This document shows positions 59,490 to 64,000 of a stretch of 64,000 bases of DNA, piece by piece. Within the stretch, counting starts at the first letter, position 1. Each line of letters opens with the position of its first letter. The DNA lies in contig NC_058383.1 in assembly GCF_018350175.1 (NCBI RefSeq), forward strand, positions 18,850,001 to 18,914,000, written 5' to 3'. A program made the position numbers and the translations under genes. The notes under the pieces are model-generated. The model was not told the origin of the DNA. It did no database searches and was given only the letters and a program-made list of their open reading frames with translations. Source of the stretch: Felis catus. Lineage: Eukaryota.

Positions 59490-61243
59490 TTTCCTTTTTT
59501 ATAATAGATTTTTTTTTTTAAGTAATCTCGAGGCCGAACATGGGGCTCGAACTCATGACGTTGAGGTCAAGAGTTGCACTCCACCGACAGAACCAGCCAG
59601 GCGCCCCTGGACTTTATCTTCTAAAGCAGTTTTAGGTTTAAAGAATTGTGAAGAAAGTACATATCCCGCCTCCTCCTTCCAGGATCCTATTACTAACGTC
59701 TCGCATTAGGGCGATACGTTTGTTACAATGGATAAAGCAATACACACACCGCTATTCACTATAGTTTGGGGCACCTGGGTGGCTCAGTCAGTTGAGCCTC
59801 CAACTCTTGATTTCATCTCTGGTCATGATCCCAGGGTTGTGAGATCGAGCCCTGCGTTGGGCTCTGTGCTGAGTGTGGAAGCTGCTTATTAGGATTCTCT
59901 CTTTCTCCCTCTGCTCCTCTCACGGTTCCCCCTCCTCGTGTGCGTGCCCCCGCGCGCGCGCGCGCGCACGCACACACACACACACACACACTCTCTCTCT
60001 CTCTCTCTCAAATAACATAAATAAAATAATGTTATAAAGTCCACAGTTCACCTGAGGGCTCACTCTGTGCTCTACGTTCTATGGTTTTTGACAAATGCAT
60101 GGTGTCATGGACCCACCCTTGCAGAATCATACAGAATAATTTCATTGCCCTAAAAAGCCCATGCTTCACCTGTTCATTCCTCTGCTCCCTCCCCACACGC
60201 CCCTGGCAACCACTGATCTTTTTACTGCCTCTGCACTTTTGGCTTCTTCAGAACGTCATGTAGCTGGAATCGTAGATTGCATACCCTTCCGGACTGACTT
60301 CTTAGCAATATGCGTTTATGGTTACTCCGTGTCTTTTCATGGCCTGATAGTTAATTTCTTTTTATGGATGAATAATATTCCATTGTATGAACGCACCACA
60401 GTTTATTTATCCACTCCTCTGTTGAAGGACATTTTGGTTGCTTCCAAGTTTTTGGCAATTATAAATAAATCTGCCATAAACATTCATGTGCAAGTTTTTG
60501 TGCGGACATAAGTTTTCAACTCATTTGGGTAAATCCCAAGAAACGCTATTGCTGGATCATATACTAAGACTTTGTAAGACACTGTTGGTCTGTCTTCCAA
60601 AGTGGCTGTACCATGTTACATTCCTGGCAGCAAAGAATGAGAGTTGCTATTGGTCTCACATCCTCACCAGCATTTGGTATTATCAGTGTTTTGGATTTTA
60701 GCCGTTCTAATAAGTGTGTAATATAGTATCTCACTGATGTCTTAATCTGCTATTCCCTAAGGACATATGATGATGAGCATCTTTTATACGCTTATTTGCC
60801 ATCTGTATATTGTCTTTGGTGAGGTGTGTATTCCAATCTTTTGCTCATTTTAAAATTGGGCTGTTCGTTTTCTTATTGTTTTTTTTTTTTTTAATTTTTT
60901 TTCAACGTTTATTTATTTTTGGGACAGAGAGAGACAGAGCATGAACGGGGGAGGGGCAGAGAGAGAGGGAGACACAGAATCGGAAACAGGCTCCAGGCTC
61001 TGAGCCATCGGCCCAGAGCCCGACGTGGGGCTCGAACTCACGGACCGCGAGATCGTGACCTGGCTGAAGTCGGACGCTTAACCGACTGCGCCACCCAGGC
61101 GCCCCAACTTATTGTTTTTTTAAGAAATCTCTGTATATTTTGGATAATAGTCCTTTAGCAGATAAATAGTTCTTCTGCATTTCTTTTTTTTTAATGTTTA
61201 TTTATTTTTGAGAGAGAGAAAGAGTGTGAGTGCAGGGGAGGAG

Positions 61244-61275
<32 letters not shown>

Positions 61276-62500
61276 GAATCCCAAGCAGACTCCATGCTGT
61301 CAGCACGGAGCCCAATGTGGGGCTCGATCCCATGAAGATCTCAATGAGATCATGGCCTGAGCCAAAATCAAGAGTCGGATGCTTAACCAACTGAGTCACC
61401 TAGGAGGCCCTAGATAAATAGTTCTTTATCAGATCAATTATTTTTGCAATTTTCCCCCATTCTATGGCTTGTCTTTTCATTCTCTTAACAGTGTCTTTCA
61501 CAGAGTAGTTTTAAATTTCAAGATTTTTTCTCTTTTCTGCACAAAAGTTTTTTTCCTATGTGTTTGTGTCTAATTTGATCCATATTCTCTCCTACTTGTG
61601 TAAATCTCTCACGAGTTCAAATACTTAGGCATTCTATCAATTTCATCTCCTTAAAGAAATATTTTCTAGAACCTTTTGTCTTATTTCACAATTTTTTTTT
61701 AGGTAGGCTCCATGCCCCTCAGTTGGTTGAGCATCAGACTTTGGCTCAGGTCATGATCTTGCAGTTAGTGAGTTTAAGCCCCGTGTTGGGCTTTGTGCTG
61801 ACAGCTCAGAGCCTGCAGCCTGCTTCAGATCCTTTGTCTCCCTCTCTCTCTGCCCCTACTCTGCTCATGCTCTGTCTCTGTTTCTCTCTCAGTAAATACA
61901 CATTAAAAAAAAATTGTTTTTTAAGTAGGCTCCATGCCCAATATGGAGCTTGAACTCACAATCCTGAGATCAAGAGTTGTGTGCTCTACCAACTGAGCCA
62001 GCCAGGTGTCTCCCTTCTGAGTTATTTCAATGTGAAATGCCTGTCTTTTCATTTCCCTTCACCATCATCTGGGAGATTCCCTTTACCTTCAAAATTTTGG
62101 GGCCCTTGTAAATCTGAAATAATCTTTATCCTACTCTCACTTTATGGACAGTTTGGCTAGGTATAGAATTCCAGGATGACAATCATTTTCTTTCATACTT
62201 TTGAAAACAGCTCCACTGTCTTCTGGTTTTCCGAATGGCTGTTGAGAAGTCTGATGTGATTTCGATTCTGGATCCTTTGTAGAATCTTGTAGAATATTTT
62301 TCTTGTTCCTATATTTTAAAATTTACTGGTGACTGGCCTTCGTGTGGGTCTGTTTTTATCCTGTGATTGGACACAGTGGACACTTTCTACCTGGAAATTC
62401 AGGTCTTTCCATTCTGAGAAATATTGGAAATATTTCATTATTTCCTGTCTTCTCTTTCTGGGACTCTCTTATTCAGGTGTGAGATTCTTGCACTGGTCCT
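59490..62500 (-). mobile_element. Old L1 (L1MC/L1M-like) fragments with CAN-SINEs at 59510-59607, 59768-60025, 60879-61105, 61184-61410, 61718-61912 and 61917-62010
   Basis: Antisense L1 text (agcagttttaggttta, ttttggttgcttccaagtttttggcaattataaataaa, gtcttccaaagtggctgtacc). SINE TSDs include cttattgttttttt and agataaatagttctt. Confidence 0.78.
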
Positions 62501-62532
62501 CTTATTTTCTTACTCCTTCTTTCCTATTTTTC

Positions 62533-63021
62533 ACACAGTGGCAGCCCCAGAGGTGCCCTGCTGGGTTCTCCCTTCCAGAAGAACTTGTCACTCAGCTGTG
62601 AGGAATGCAGGTGGCTGACAGCCTCCAACCACAGGACCTTTGAGATCAGTCACAGCCTCTGAGCTAAGACCAAGGTCTTCTTGGGCAGCCTTAGCCAGCG
62701 ACTGAGCTCAGCAGACACCAAGGTCTGGCCATTTCTGCCATCTGAGGGGTCCCTCGGATGGACAGTCTTTGTTTTGGGAGCCCCTCCTGGGTTGGCCAAG
62801 AGTTTGTTTGGGTCTGCATCCAAGTCAGGTGCTCTCTGCTTAGATCTGTTTCCATCTAGCATTCAATTCACAGGTGTCAGATCTATAGCACGGTTTGAAG
62901 ATTCTCCCTACTTCATCCTGCTTCCTCTTCCTTAATTTTCATGGGCATGAGCCATCGGACACTTCTTGCATTCCTAACCCTGTGTCACGACGTCTGTGAC
63001 TGGAGGATTCAAACCTACACA
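62533..63021 (+). mobile_element. LTR16A-like solo LTR (ERVL)
   Basis: cagctgtgaggaatgcaggtggctgacagcctcca...ggtctggccatttctgcc...cttcttgcattcctaac resembles the LTR16 family. Confidence 0.6.
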
Positions 63022-63079
63022 TGTATCTTTACCCTTTTGCTCTACTTTTTGAAAAATTTCTTTAACTTTATCTTCTCAT

Positions 63080-63298
63080 CCAGTGGTCAGCAAATTTTTT
63101 ATTCAGGGCCCAGTGGGAAATACTTGAGGCTTGTGGGCCATATGGTCTCTGTCGCAACTACTCAACTCTGCTTGTGTGAAAGCAGCCACAGGACATAGTA
63201 AATAAATGAGTGTGGCTATGTTCCACTAAAACTTCCTTCCTTCCTTCCTTCCTCCCTTCCTTCCTTCCTTCCTTCCTTCCTTTCCCTTTCTTTCTTTC

Positions 63299-63349
<51 letters not shown>

Positions 63350-63627
63350 CTTTCTTTCGAGAGACTGTGTGTGCACGCACACAGGTGGAGGAGGGGCAGA
63401 GGGAGAGAGAGACAGAATCTTAAGCAGGCTCTACACCCAGCACTGAGCCCTACTTGGAGCTTGACGTCGGGCTTGATCTCACAACCTTGGGATCATGACC
63501 TGAGCCAAAATTAAGAGTCAGATACTCAACCTACTGAGCCACCCAGGCACCCCGCCAATAAAACTTTATTCAAAAAACAGGTGACAGGCTGGATTTGGCC
63601 TGCAGGCCATAATTTGCTGACCCCTGT
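63080..63627. mobile_element. MER58A-like hAT transposon interrupted by a CAN-SINE (63233-63553, -) with an expanded (CTTC)n(CTTT)n tail
   Basis: TIR-like ends cagtggtcagcaaat...atttgctgacccctg. Body ggtctctgtcgcaactactcaactctgc. TSD cca(c/a)taaaactt. Confidence 0.8.
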
Positions 63628-64000
63628 TCTAACTCTTTCAAATATGTTTTCCATTTCTGTACGATATTCTTAGTTTCTAGGTACTTTTTTTTATTTGTCT
63701 TGTTCATTCTCAGAGTGTTTTTTTCCTTTTAAGATAGCATCTAGTTTTTGTTTCATAGTTGCAATGTATTTTCCTAAATTTCCAAACATAATCATAATCA
63801 TTTTGTTTTTAGGCTTTCTGTCCCTTGTGTACTCTGTTTCCTCCAAATTCTGTTTTTCTGTTTGTTTTTGCTCTGCTTCTTATATTACAGGTTTTTCTCC
63901 AATGTTGACGGTCTGTGGTTACCTGCTCATACTTAAAAGATTTAAAAAGAGCCAATAGAATAGTGGCTGCCTCTGTGTGTGTGTTGGGGCAGGAATGGAT

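Noticed and set aside
49544..61158. Recurrent similar peptides (GQRETEHERGRGRERGRHRIGNRLQ...; SAQVMISRFVSSSPASGS...)
   Set aside because: These are translations of CAN-SINE copies, not a gene family.

Overview
Mammalian genomic DNA, most likely a cat or other felid, judged from about 35 carnivore tRNA-derived CAN-SINEs that include young SINEC_Fc-type copies. The window holds one protein-coding gene, SBK1 (SH3-domain-binding serine/threonine kinase 1), on the minus strand. Three coding exons (27034-26809, 25406-25204, 24340-23495) join at GT-AG sites into a 424-aa kinase. It has a ~2.9-kb 3'UTR ending near an AATAAA at 20599-20604 and a probable non-coding first exon in a CpG island at ~44.3-45.6 kb. 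The flanks are mostly CAN-SINE, L1, L2, MIR, MaLR/ERVL LTR and hAT DNA-transposon remnants plus microsatellites. Repeat family names were assigned by eye and repeat boundaries are approximate. I found no new multi-gene system. The best leads are cis-regulatory: a split-spacer REST/RE1 site in intron 1, a 10-nt U1-complementary site in the 3'UTR, tandem exon-1 donors that gate a possible CUG-initiated extension, a U-free C-rich splice acceptor, a palindromic homeodomain-site cluster, and a template-switching scar. All are sequence-level hypotheses that need testing.
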